From IMG/VR virus record IMGVR_UViG_3300042566_001492: 64,000 bases of DNA; one strand, given 5' to 3'. The position numbers were made by a program, and so were the translations under genes. The stretch is from an uncultured virus (IMG/VR IMGVR_UViG_3300042566_001492). Taxonomy: Duplodnaviria > Heunggongvirae > Uroviricota > Caudoviricetes. Numbering within the stretch: the first letter of the stretch is position 1; the number at the start of each line of letters is the position of its first letter. Under the pieces are notes generated by a model. It made no database searches, was not told the origin of the DNA, and saw only the letters and a program-made list of their open reading frames with translations. This document shows positions 48,715 through 57,978 of the stretch, piece after piece.

Positions 48715-50895
48715 TTAACTTGTAACACCGAAAGAAGCCAAGAACTTCTTGTAAGCAGCTGTTAGTGACTTTGAGTTATTTAGAGTTTTATAGTCTAATC
48801 CATACTTATCCAATTCGGATTTAAATGGTTTCCAATAGTCAGCCATCTTTGATGACTTTAATTCAAAGTGGTGATACTCTAATATACCTCTTCCAACTAC
48901 CACGCCTTTATCCGGAGCACTTCCTTTCTTAGAATCAAATGATGCTCCCCAGACTAAGTCTCCTTGATTTTTAACAAATGCGGCTATTACTTTTGTTAAC
49001 TTTGCATCAGAGGCCAAATTTTTATTATCAGGGTCATAAGTTTTCCACTTGAAACCTGGTATAGAAAAAGTAACATCGACAGCTAGTCCGGCACCATGAA
49101 ATGAACCAGCTATACGAGCTGGGTTGCCTGGATAGGTTGATGCGTGTAAATCTCTCATAACACCATTGCTGCCTATTTTAGCACCTGGATATCCGTTTGC
49201 CTTTAAGTGTTTTTCTAAATCCTTTGGAACATTTTTTAATCTATGTCCAGCTAAACCATCACTACCATTAATTACGTAGTAGACCTTACCACTTTTCTTC
49301 ACAAGTTTCCCACTAGGTCCAGTACCCGGAGGTGATGCGTCAACATTAACTATAGCACCATCAGCACCAACTGTTCCCTCCTCGGTTTCACTAGTAGTTG
49401 ACCCAGTATCAGTAGGTAGTGGATCAGGAGCATCAGCTTCTCCCTCAGGAATTTCTTCCTCAGCACCAGTAAATCCACCTTCGAGATATTCATCATCAAC
49501 CTGTTGTCCCTCAAATGGCTCTTGATAGATAAATGCTCCTTCAATTTCTTGAGAAGGTATATCACCAACAAATATCTTAAATTCAGGAACATCTTGTCTT
49601 ACTATTATATCAAAATCATCCGGAAATAAAAAGTTTAATTGTGACATAGTACTACTAGATGTAGATGGAGTGGTACCTGGAGCATCCGCATTAGATATAG
49701 CCTCTAATTGAGCCTCTATTGCATCAGCAGGTTTTATAGGAGATATATACTGAATTAAACTACACTCTTTATAATCCGGACTACAAGCACCAAAGCTCAA
49801 TTCTTTATACTGAGGTATTTTGTCTTTCCAAGCTTGTATTAAACCATCAAGTAAAACAAAATCTTTAAGATAAGAAAAAGTAGTACCACTTTGTAACGCG
49901 TTCAATCCTGTCTCATCAATAAAATATTTGTAGTCTTTCTGGTCATTACTTCGTATATCACTTATGTAAGAAAAAACAAAACTACTTGGATAATCACTCG
50001 ATTCAGCTTCAATCGAAAATGGCTGGTCAACATAATCACCATCAGAATCCTTAGGTGGGTAAACTTCGACTCTTCTTATAAACTTTGGAGAAACAATTTC
50101 CGAATTCTCAATGATACCCATATATTTACCATTATCATAAACTTGTTTAGAATACTCAACACCACCATGACTCACCAAACTATCGGTATCAGTAATGCTA
50201 TCACCTGGAAGAGCATATTGAAATCCATTTGCTGATAAACCAATAATTTGATTCATACCCGGACTGGTATAAGAATCCCATAATAAATAAACATCATCGT
50301 AACTTGGTGTCAATCCATTGAAAGGTGGAGTATTTTTTGTATAATAAAAATACATTGGGGGTCTGTTTGGTTGATTTGTTTCAATTTTAATCTGAACAGA
50401 TCCAGTTGCTGACATTGTAGATGTGGTTGAGTTGGAATAAGTCCATTCAACCTCAGTTAATGGAGCTTCAAACCATTTTATATTAACTTGTGAACCATTA
50501 TTTAAATAATATGGATCAAAACCAAAAGAACGTCTTATAGGAACCGTTTTTTGGAATGGATCCTGTATTTTCTCATAATACGTTACTTCTTTACTTGGAA
50601 AACCGATTTTAATTTTATCACCTTGTGGTCTTTCAGCTAAAGTATTTAATCTTATAAAATCATCAATTATAACATCATCTGATAAGTTTTCATACCTATC
50701 ACCTTCATATCTAGCTTCTTTCCATAGTTCTAATAGCTCATCGCCAGCTGGATTTATACTAAACCCCTTTACTGACCTTCTTTGTCTCTTTCTATAAAGC
50801 ACTATCTTTATATCTGAGCTACCGAGATTTTCTTCTGAAGTCGATATTCTTTTCCTAATTCTTATAGATTTAACCTCATCCATCTTATTAATCAA
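48715..50895 (-). CDS. Virion protein with C-terminal M15-type Zn peptidase domain
   Basis: R...SFHGAGLAVD (SxHxxGxAxD)...WG...EYHHFE. Confidence 0.7.
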   Translation of the reverse strand: MINKMDEVKSIRIRKRISTSEENLGSSDIKIVLYRKRQRRSVKGFSINPAGDELLELWKEARYEGDRYENLSDDVIIDDFIRLNTLAERPQGDKIKIGFPSKEVTYYEKIQDPFQKTVPIRRSFGFDPYYLNNGSQVNIKWFEAPLTEVEWTYSNSTTSTMSATGSVQIKIETNQPNRPPMYFYYTKNTPPFNGLTPSYDDVYLLWDSYTSPGMNQIIGLSANGFQYALPGDSITDTDSLVSHGGVEYSKQVYDNGKYMGIIENSEIVSPKFIRRVEVYPPKDSDGDYVDQPFSIEAESSDYPSSFVFSYISDIRSNDQKDYKYFIDETGLNALQSGTTFSYLKDFVLLDGLIQAWKDKIPQYKELSFGACSPDYKECSLIQYISPIKPADAIEAQLEAISNADAPGTTPSTSSSTMSQLNFLFPDDFDIIVRQDVPEFKIFVGDIPSQEIEGAFIYQEPFEGQQVDDEYLEGGFTGAEEEIPEGEADAPDPLPTDTGSTTSETEEGTVGADGAIVNVDASPPGTGPSGKLVKKSGKVYYVINGSDGLAGHRLKNVPKDLEKHLKANGYPGAKIGSNGVMRDLHASTYPGNPARIAGSFHGAGLAVDVTFSIPGFKWKTYDPDNKNLASDAKLTKVIAAFVKNQGDLVWGASFDSKKGSAPDKGVVVGRGILEYHHFELKSSKMADYWKPFKSELDKYGLDYKTLNNSKSLTAAYKKFLASFGVTS

Positions 50896-50900
50896 CTATT

Positions 50901-51434
50901 TTATAAACCACCTATTATAAATTTACCATTTTTAATATCAACAGATGTCTTTGGTTGTTCTAAAGCAGTTGGTGGAAGTGCTAACCCGTTCTTTAAATAA
51001 TCTGATCTAGATTTGTCTTTTCTAGTTTGTTTATTTGGAACACCTAATCTATTAATAACTCCTCTTCTAGAAGATTTAACTTTATCCACCTCATCTTCAA
51101 TTCTAAATAACTCCATTTGTCCAATCTGAGTCGGATATAATAGAATAGTTCCTCTTCTGATATTAAGAGGATTATCTATGTTATTTAAAGCCAATAAAAC
51201 ATCAATGTGTTGATAAAAATCTGTCATATCTATATTGTCTAATTCGTAAATATTTTGTAGAATTAAGTCTATTCTCATTTCATCACTTTCATTGACTGTA
51301 TAACTTCTAAATTGAACTTCTGCAAATTGTTCACCACCAACACCATGTTTTATAGTAGGTTGAAACAAGTTACTCAGACCACCACTTTGTAGTCTATCTT
51401 TTCTTATCGTTTGGAATAGTGACTTAATATTCAT
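50901..51434 (-). CDS. Baseplate wedge gp53-like/LysM-like protein
   Basis: YTV...EMRIDLI...IY...VLLALNNIDNPLNIRRGTILLYP. Confidence 0.65.
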   Translation of the reverse strand: MNIKSLFQTIRKDRLQSGGLSNLFQPTIKHGVGGEQFAEVQFRSYTVNESDEMRIDLILQNIYELDNIDMTDFYQHIDVLLALNNIDNPLNIRRGTILLYPTQIGQMELFRIEDEVDKVKSSRRGVINRLGVPNKQTRKDKSRSDYLKNGLALPPTALEQPKTSVDIKNGKFIIGGL

Positions 51435-51448
51435 ATTTCGTAGTTATT

Positions 51449-53620
51449 TTATGTAGCAGTTGATGTTGTATTAGACGGTGGTAGAGTTTGTCCAGTTGTT
51501 GTCGCGACCGCCGCTTGTGTATCACCGGTACCAGCTGTATTAGGTGGACCAGGTTGACCACTATTATCTATTGTGGTTGCTCCAGGTGGTGGATCACCTA
51601 CGGACAATTTAGCCTCTTCAATTAATATATTTGCATCAGGTTGGAAACTAGGCTCACCCTTGTAAACTTGATTTCCAGATTTATCGGTGACCACCACGTA
51701 ACTCTTAGGACCCACTTTCTTAACTTCGTAAGTGTACCCAAGTTTTGACTCAGCACTTGCTTTACTAGATGGGCTAGTGTTACTTGTGTTGTTAGTGCCA
51801 TCAGTGGTAACTGTTGGTTTCTCATTCTCAACTGGTGGATTTGGTGAATTAGGATCAGGATTTATACTTTGTTGAACTTCGTTTTCCTTTGTTGTATTTG
51901 CAGCACCAGATGTACTAGCATCTATTTGACCTTGGCTTGATGGTATTGTAGTACCAGCGCCAACGTTAGATACAGCACCTGATGTAGTATTACTTGGACT
52001 CATACCAGCAACACCTGAAGTACTATCACTATATACTAATGTATTTGCATTAGGATTCTGTAAAGGATCTAATGCTTTGTCATCAGCTACTGTGTTAACC
52101 GTTCTTAAGTGACCAGTATTAAATTTTGCCAATATTTCTGTAAGACCCCACGATCTGGCGTTTGTTAAAGTAAAATCTACAGTTATCGAAGATGGCATAT
52201 CATTAAAAGACAAAATTGGTCCTAATTTCAGAGTGATATCAGTCGTGTACATATCACCACTACAAAATATTGGCCTAAGTGGATTACCTACAGCAACATG
52301 CCAAGGAGTAGATGGTACACCAGATAAAGCTGCCACAATACCCTTAACCTCTTCTTCGTATTTTTGTATCGTTTTTGATATTGCTTTACCAGCGTAATCC
52401 ACCACCTTATCGAATTGAGCAAGTGCAGCATCCATCAACGATCTTTCCTCTTCTCCTGCCTCAGCTTCTTCTTCTGGATCATCCGCCTCTTCATCTGCTG
52501 ATTCGGCCTTTGCAATCAATCCTTCAAAATATTCTGTTATTTCCGCCTTTACTTTACTCAAAGAGTCTTTTATAAAACCAGCAAAGTCTGAAACAATAGT
52601 GTTAGGGAACTTTACCCACCTAACTAATTTTGCTCCAAAACTTTTACTCAAACCATAGTTACTACCTGGTGATGTACCAAATCTAACAGCGTTAGCAACC
52701 ATATCTTGCCAAGCAATTGTAGGGTCAATACCAGAAATGAATTTTTGTTCATATTCACAAGTCATTTTAATACTACAAGTACATTTTAGACCAGATCCAG
52801 CTTCTTCATATTTGATAGTTTTTCTTCTTTTTGCTTCTTTGATTAGGTTAGGATCACCAGCTGGTAATTTCTTTTGACCTGCTCCCTCTTCATAAACACC
52901 AAGTTTTGATAATAGTTGTCGAGTCAATGATTCAGTAAATCCTGGTAAAGGAACAGCACTTAACATACCGGATATAGAACCAGCTACTGACTTACCGATT
53001 AGATCATTAGCAATATTATTAATCATTTCAGTGAAGTCTGCTTTTGCTTCTACCCATTCTTCACCATAAGTAAGTTCTAAGAAGTTCTCATTTTGTGGTA
53101 TCCAAGAAATCATAATAGCAACAGGAACCTTTGCTTTTATAAAAATATCATCAGTTACTGGGGATGCAAATCTTCTAGCTATTATCAATCTATTATTAGG
53201 AAAAACACCTAAGTTTTTAAGATAAGCAAAATCAGAAGGTCTTAATGCTGCTGCGGTATTTGCAGTTTTTTCAATTATGTTTAGAATTGATGTATCATAA
53301 ACATCATTATTATGTAATGTTTTTCTTGAAACACCACCATAGCTCGCATCCAAACCTAACTTTGGAGTCTCACCTGAATAATCAACAGCTGATACATTTG
53401 GCCAAGGTCTAACAACATTACCCCCGGTAAATAACGAAAAGATACCACCCGCTGTGTTATTTGTCTTACCCATTCTTTCTTTGTCGGTTTCTTTACCAAC
53501 GTTATAAAGATTGACATTAACGTTTCTGGACTTACCACCATTAAAGGTAGATAAACCAGAAGAGGTAGGTGTACTCATAACACCAATTAAACCCAAAGGA
53601 GAACCACCTAAAATTGCCAT
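51449..53620 (-). CDS. Baseplate/tail-tube junction-like structural protein
   Basis: 723 aa; NNRLIIARRF, PWHVAVGNPLRPI..GDM, FNDMPS.ITVDFTL; adjacent to gp53-like gene. Confidence 0.45.
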   Translation of the reverse strand: MAILGGSPLGLIGVMSTPTSSGLSTFNGGKSRNVNVNLYNVGKETDKERMGKTNNTAGGIFSLFTGGNVVRPWPNVSAVDYSGETPKLGLDASYGGVSRKTLHNNDVYDTSILNIIEKTANTAAALRPSDFAYLKNLGVFPNNRLIIARRFASPVTDDIFIKAKVPVAIMISWIPQNENFLELTYGEEWVEAKADFTEMINNIANDLIGKSVAGSISGMLSAVPLPGFTESLTRQLLSKLGVYEEGAGQKKLPAGDPNLIKEAKRRKTIKYEEAGSGLKCTCSIKMTCEYEQKFISGIDPTIAWQDMVANAVRFGTSPGSNYGLSKSFGAKLVRWVKFPNTIVSDFAGFIKDSLSKVKAEITEYFEGLIAKAESADEEADDPEEEAEAGEEERSLMDAALAQFDKVVDYAGKAISKTIQKYEEEVKGIVAALSGVPSTPWHVAVGNPLRPIFCSGDMYTTDITLKLGPILSFNDMPSSITVDFTLTNARSWGLTEILAKFNTGHLRTVNTVADDKALDPLQNPNANTLVYSDSTSGVAGMSPSNTTSGAVSNVGAGTTIPSSQGQIDASTSGAANTTKENEVQQSINPDPNSPNPPVENEKPTVTTDGTNNTSNTSPSSKASAESKLGYTYEVKKVGPKSYVVVTDKSGNQVYKGEPSFQPDANILIEEAKLSVGDPPPGATTIDNSGQPGPPNTAGTGDTQAAVATTTGQTLPPSNTTSTAT

Positions 53621-53657
53621 AAAATAATACTATTAATTTTATTGTATATATTTAGAA

Positions 53658-54047
53658 TTAGTAGTCTCGTATGATTTGTGAATTAGAAAATTTTGATAAA
53701 TTTCCGAGAACATCATCCATTACTTCTGGATTTTTTCTGAACTCGTTATAAAAGATTAAAACATTGAAATTATTTTCACCAAGTATCTTTTTTAGATTTA
53801 GAAGTTTTTCGATTGAAAATTGATTATCAAAGTCAGGAATGTAATAAATATCTTTCTTTTTGTCTATAGCTTGTTGAATTTTATTAAATATTAAAATTTT
53901 GAGATAAGTTTTATCGATGGTAAAATCCACCTCTTCTTCGTCTATAATTTTTTTTATATCAATTATATACTTATTCTTTATACGATTCACCTTGATAAAC
54001 TTATCAAACTTCTTTCTTGTTTTACAATAGACACAAAAGAATTCCAT
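53658..54047 (-). CDS. Hypothetical protein
   Basis: 129 aa ORF. Confidence 0.6.
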   Translation of the reverse strand: MEFFCVYCKTRKKFDKFIKVNRIKNKYIIDIKKIIDEEEVDFTIDKTYLKILIFNKIQQAIDKKKDIYYIPDFDNQFSIEKLLNLKKILGENNFNVLIFYNEFRKNPEVMDDVLGNLSKFSNSQIIRDY

Positions 54048-54147
54048 TTCTTATTTATTCATTATTTATTCTTTCCTATAAACTTTATTGTGATATATAT
54101 AATTTAGCGAATCTTTCCTTTACTTTATAAAATAAATAAAACATTTT

Positions 54148-54155
54148 AATATATA
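54148..54155 (+). promoter_or_regulatory. Putative late promoter AATATATA, 4 nt before ATG 54160
   Basis: Recurrent upstream motif. Confidence 0.6.
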
Positions 54156-54159
54156 CTCT

Positions 54160-55548
54160 ATGGATAAATACTCAGATAAGTTTCTTAATAACGCAAACAT
54201 ACTAAAAAAAGCAAAGGTTGGATTCGAATTTGAATTCTATCTAAAAGATTTATCATTCTATAAAACATTAGAACTAATAAATCAAGAGCTGTCACCAGTT
54301 AAAGTTTGGGGATTTAGACAATATCACTCTGACTTTACACCAGATGATAAAAACTTTAAAATAGAACCAGATTTATCAGGTGGTTCTAACATGGTTGAGT
54401 TAGTTACCGGTCCATTAAATTTCTATGACGCCAAATATTACTTAATAAAAATCGTTAAGTTTATACAGAACTACGGATATACTAATGAAAAAGCATCTAT
54501 ACACTTCAATATCTCATTTACAGATAAAGATTTAAATGACTTAAATACATTGAAATTAATACTTAATATCGATGAAGATGAAATATTTAGAGCTTATCCA
54601 TCAAGAAAAAGTAATGTTTATGCAAAAACAGTAAAAAAGATTGTACCATTTAAGGAATATGACTTCTTTAATATACCAATCGATGTTGTAAAAAATAATA
54701 TGAGACTTCCAAATGATAAATATTATGGTGTTAATTTCTTACATATGAACAATGAAAGAAGTAGTCAAAGATTAGAATTTAGATATATTGGTGGTAAAGA
54801 CTATGAAAAAAATGTAGGTCAGTTAATTTATTTCTTAGAAAGATTTATTATACTCACTTACGGATGTATTGATATTGATTTTAACAAAGAAGATAGTGAT
54901 AAGTTAGAAAATTATTTAGAAGAAAATATCTCAAGTTTTAAAAACTTATCCAACTATGATAACTTTATAGTAGATTTTCCAACAATACAAATACAAATCG
55001 ATCAAAACTCTAACTACGATGTTATTTCAGCTTACTACTCAAGAATTTACAATAAGTTATTTAGTTTAGTAGATAATACATCAGAACTTAGAGAGTGTAT
55101 AGTAAACTACGTAACATCTACACAAACTATGGAAGTAATTGATGCTAATGTTAAAACCACATCTACTCTTAGGTCTTATGACTTAGTTAACTGTGAAGTA
55201 GAAGGTATATTAGAAGACTGTTTCTTTTTAGGATGTGAAATAACCAATTCTCAAATTGTTAAGTCAAAGATTTTACATTCAGACGCGACGAACTCTAAAA
55301 TACTTAACTGCAAAGTAGATTCTACAACATTAGTAGAATGTTATTTTATGGATGGTTACTTAAATGGAGATATGCAAGGTGGTATCTATCGTTCAGGAAA
55401 ATTGGGACCTTACGCAACTATGGACTCTGAAGTTAAAGTAGTAACAGATGATCACAACTTCTTTGATACAAAATATGAGGCTGATGGAGAAAAAGGTGAT
55501 AAGAAAGGTATAATAGATGGTTACGGTAAAACATTTGGTAAAAAATGA
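54160..55548 (+). CDS. Putative amidoligase (COOH-NH2 ligase fold) with C-terminal beta-helix-like repeats
   Basis: VGFEFEF, D.S...ELVTGP, TNEKASIHFNIS, KYYGVNF, RLEFR; C-terminal 5-residue periodicity (ITNSQIVKSKILHSD...). Confidence 0.7.
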   Translation: MDKYSDKFLNNANILKKAKVGFEFEFYLKDLSFYKTLELINQELSPVKVWGFRQYHSDFTPDDKNFKIEPDLSGGSNMVELVTGPLNFYDAKYYLIKIVKFIQNYGYTNEKASIHFNISFTDKDLNDLNTLKLILNIDEDEIFRAYPSRKSNVYAKTVKKIVPFKEYDFFNIPIDVVKNNMRLPNDKYYGVNFLHMNNERSSQRLEFRYIGGKDYEKNVGQLIYFLERFIILTYGCIDIDFNKEDSDKLENYLEENISSFKNLSNYDNFIVDFPTIQIQIDQNSNYDVISAYYSRIYNKLFSLVDNTSELRECIVNYVTSTQTMEVIDANVKTTSTLRSYDLVNCEVEGILEDCFFLGCEITNSQIVKSKILHSDATNSKILNCKVDSTTLVECYFMDGYLNGDMQGGIYRSGKLGPYATMDSEVKVVTDDHNFFDTKYEADGEKGDKKGIIDGYGKTFGKK

Positions 55549-55937
55549 AAAATATAAAATACTTTGAATCTGTTGATGACTACTCAGAATGGGGAATCGA
55601 ATTACAAACAATAGAGGAAATGTTTTATGATATTTCCGATTTAGGCTGGTTGATAAGAGTAAATCCATCAAAAAGATTAGTTCGCCAAAATTCAATATCC
55701 GATAATATTGAATTTGAGTTTCAGTACTATATTAAAGTTGTTATTTATAAACCATTCAATAGTATAGATAGAGATAAAATTAGACAGGAATTAAATCAAT
55801 TAATTAAGTCAACTATTTTTATAGAAACATTGGAAGAAGTTAAATTAAGATTAGAATTCTTTGATTATGAAATTTCAGACACTGATACCAATAATGGTCG
55901 TAATTTAGAAATTACTATAACAAAAAAGAGTGACTAA
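55545..55937 (+). CDS. Hypothetical protein with capsid-targeting-like N-terminus
   Basis: MKNIKYFES start; ATGA overlap. Confidence 0.6.
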   Translation: MKNIKYFESVDDYSEWGIELQTIEEMFYDISDLGWLIRVNPSKRLVRQNSISDNIEFEFQYYIKVVIYKPFNSIDRDKIRQELNQLIKSTIFIETLEEVKLRLEFFDYEISDTDTNNGRNLEITITKKSD

Positions 55938-55953
55938 TTAGTCACTCTTTTTT
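55922..55953. terminator. Bidirectional terminator (perfect palindrome)
   Basis: aaaaaagagtgactaattagtcactctttttt between convergent genes. Confidence 0.8.
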
Positions 55954-57555
55954 TTATTTATTATTGAACTTCTCAAATTTTGCAATTATCTTTCGATTGT
56001 CTGTATCGATTTCCATTTCATTTGGCTTCATCGCTTTGTCATAACCAGCTTGAATAAATTCATCTCTTGTGACATCTTTGGTATTTCCATCTTTATCTTT
56101 TATTTGGTAATCAAAATTTTCTTCGACTATGTTTCCCTCCTTATCTAATTTAGTTACATCAGCAACGTTCATTACTTTATTGTCCATCGCTGGTTCTTTA
56201 GATTTATCTTCTGATGGTTCACTCCATTTTGTTTTAAGTGGAAAATTTACTCCGGATAAATCAGTGATTATCTTATTCTTAAACATATCTATAAATCTAA
56301 CTCCTTCATAAGGAGCAACTTCACAAACACCAAAGATATTCGAGATAGAACCAATACCACCATGCCCACCAGAAACTGTTATCTCATCCTGACCAATTGA
56401 GGTATCTGGATTATGATATCCTAAGTGAGATTGGAAATTTCTTAACAATCCTGTCATATAAGCTCCTAAATCATTTACCGGTTCACCAGTTTTAAGAATC
56501 GGTAAAGTCTCCATCTGGTCAATCTTAGAGTATGAACACACTTGTAATGTACCACCATATTGAAGTAAAACAAATTTTGGTTCTTCGGATATAAGACCAT
56601 CCTTAAAATCATTAGAGATGATTGTTCTGGCTCTTAAAGCATTCGCCCAAGTTCCAGTTGGAATAAAAGCTAAATCACCAATTAACTGATAACCATCGAG
56701 TTTAATCGTACCATTTCTACCAAAATCTTTAAGAAATCTTTGCAATGTGGTATATTTTTTCTTAGCTACATTTTGACCTCTTGTTCTTTTAGCCATTTGA
56801 GCTAATCTCCACTCAGAATCAGCTAAGAAATCTTTTTTCTGACCACTTCTTGGAAAAACATTGTGTTCAGGATATACTTTTTTCATAACATTGAAAATAG
56901 AATAAATTGAAGCATCAGGACAGTTATGTATAACAGATATTAAGGTTTTGTGATCAGATCTTTTTAAGAATTGATTAAACGCAGCTGCGAATTCTAATCT
57001 TTTATTGTCTGATTTTTTTATATCAACGATATTGAAATCTAAAAGCCTACTCCAATCAACATTGTATTCTTGATACTTAGCTGCATCAATCATATCAATT
57101 ACTGAAAGAGTTAACTCGTCTTGAGGAACTCCTAAATTTTGACAAATCGCTTCATAAGCCGAAGCTGTTTTTTTCTTTTGTATTGGGGAAGATTTATATT
57201 TATCTAACTCAAATTCAGTAAATGAACCATGATGATCTAAGTAATAATCAATATACTCATCTCTTTCATCACCTGGCATGTTAGCAAAGTCTACAACAAC
57301 ATTTATCAATTTAGGATCAACTGTAGTGTATTTCCAACCCTCAGAGTAATTAATTATACCATACTTAACAATCTCAAATCCAGAGTTCTGTAGATATTTC
57401 TTTACCTCGATTGCTGAGAATATACCGTCCATATCATCGTGTGTATAAAGAGCAACCTTTTTACCGTCTTTACCTTTTTTAAGCCAGTATTCCTCATTCT
57501 TTGGTAGTCGAGGAGAAGCCTCTTCATTTATGAACTGAACATATTTCTTTAGCAT
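55954..57555 (-). CDS. DHH/DHHA1-family phosphoesterase
   Basis: YTHDDMDGIFSA, VVDF, LDHH, SGGH; N-term MLKKYVQFINEE. Confidence 0.8.
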   Translation of the reverse strand: MLKKYVQFINEEASPRLPKNEEYWLKKGKDGKKVALYTHDDMDGIFSAIEVKKYLQNSGFEIVKYGIINYSEGWKYTTVDPKLINVVVDFANMPGDERDEYIDYYLDHHGSFTEFELDKYKSSPIQKKKTASAYEAICQNLGVPQDELTLSVIDMIDAAKYQEYNVDWSRLLDFNIVDIKKSDNKRLEFAAAFNQFLKRSDHKTLISVIHNCPDASIYSIFNVMKKVYPEHNVFPRSGQKKDFLADSEWRLAQMAKRTRGQNVAKKKYTTLQRFLKDFGRNGTIKLDGYQLIGDLAFIPTGTWANALRARTIISNDFKDGLISEEPKFVLLQYGGTLQVCSYSKIDQMETLPILKTGEPVNDLGAYMTGLLRNFQSHLGYHNPDTSIGQDEITVSGGHGGIGSISNIFGVCEVAPYEGVRFIDMFKNKIITDLSGVNFPLKTKWSEPSEDKSKEPAMDNKVMNVADVTKLDKEGNIVEENFDYQIKDKDGNTKDVTRDEFIQAGYDKAMKPNEMEIDTDNRKIIAKFEKFNNK

Positions 57556-57606
57556 AATAATAATTTATTTTATAACGTATATATAAAAAAATCACAAATA
57601 AAAATG

Positions 57607-57978
57607 CTACAAAATAACGTTTATTTTTAGGTCTTTTTCTAAGTCACTAATTCCCAAAATCGAATTGATTTTGTTATCTCTCATAGATTGTTTGTCCTTT
57701 GACATTACTATTGTGTTATCAGTTATCATTAAATCAACGTAACACTCATAACCACAAAAATCACCAACCTTATACACACCATCATTCACCACAACATGAC
57801 AAGGATTAAAACTTTTATGACACTCTATGATGTTGTATACCGAAATTGGCATTATTATGAAATTATGTTTCTTTTTCATATTTTTAATTTCACTCCACAT
57901 TTTTGCTGACTTTAGTAAATACAATTCTTTATCAGTTTCTGTTACTCTTAATGGAATATCCGACAAATCAATTATCAT
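57607..57978 (-). CDS. Small hypothetical protein with MRDNKINSIL motif
   Basis: 123 aa ORF. Confidence 0.6.
   Translation of the reverse strand: MIIDLSDIPLRVTETDKELYLLKSAKMWSEIKNMKKKHNFIIMPISVYNIIECHKSFNPCHVVVNDGVYKVGDFCGYECYVDLMITDNTIVMSKDKQSMRDNKINSILGISDLEKDLKINVIL

Noticed and set aside
53658..54047. P-loop kinase call for the 129-aa ORF
   Set aside because: No Walker A motif
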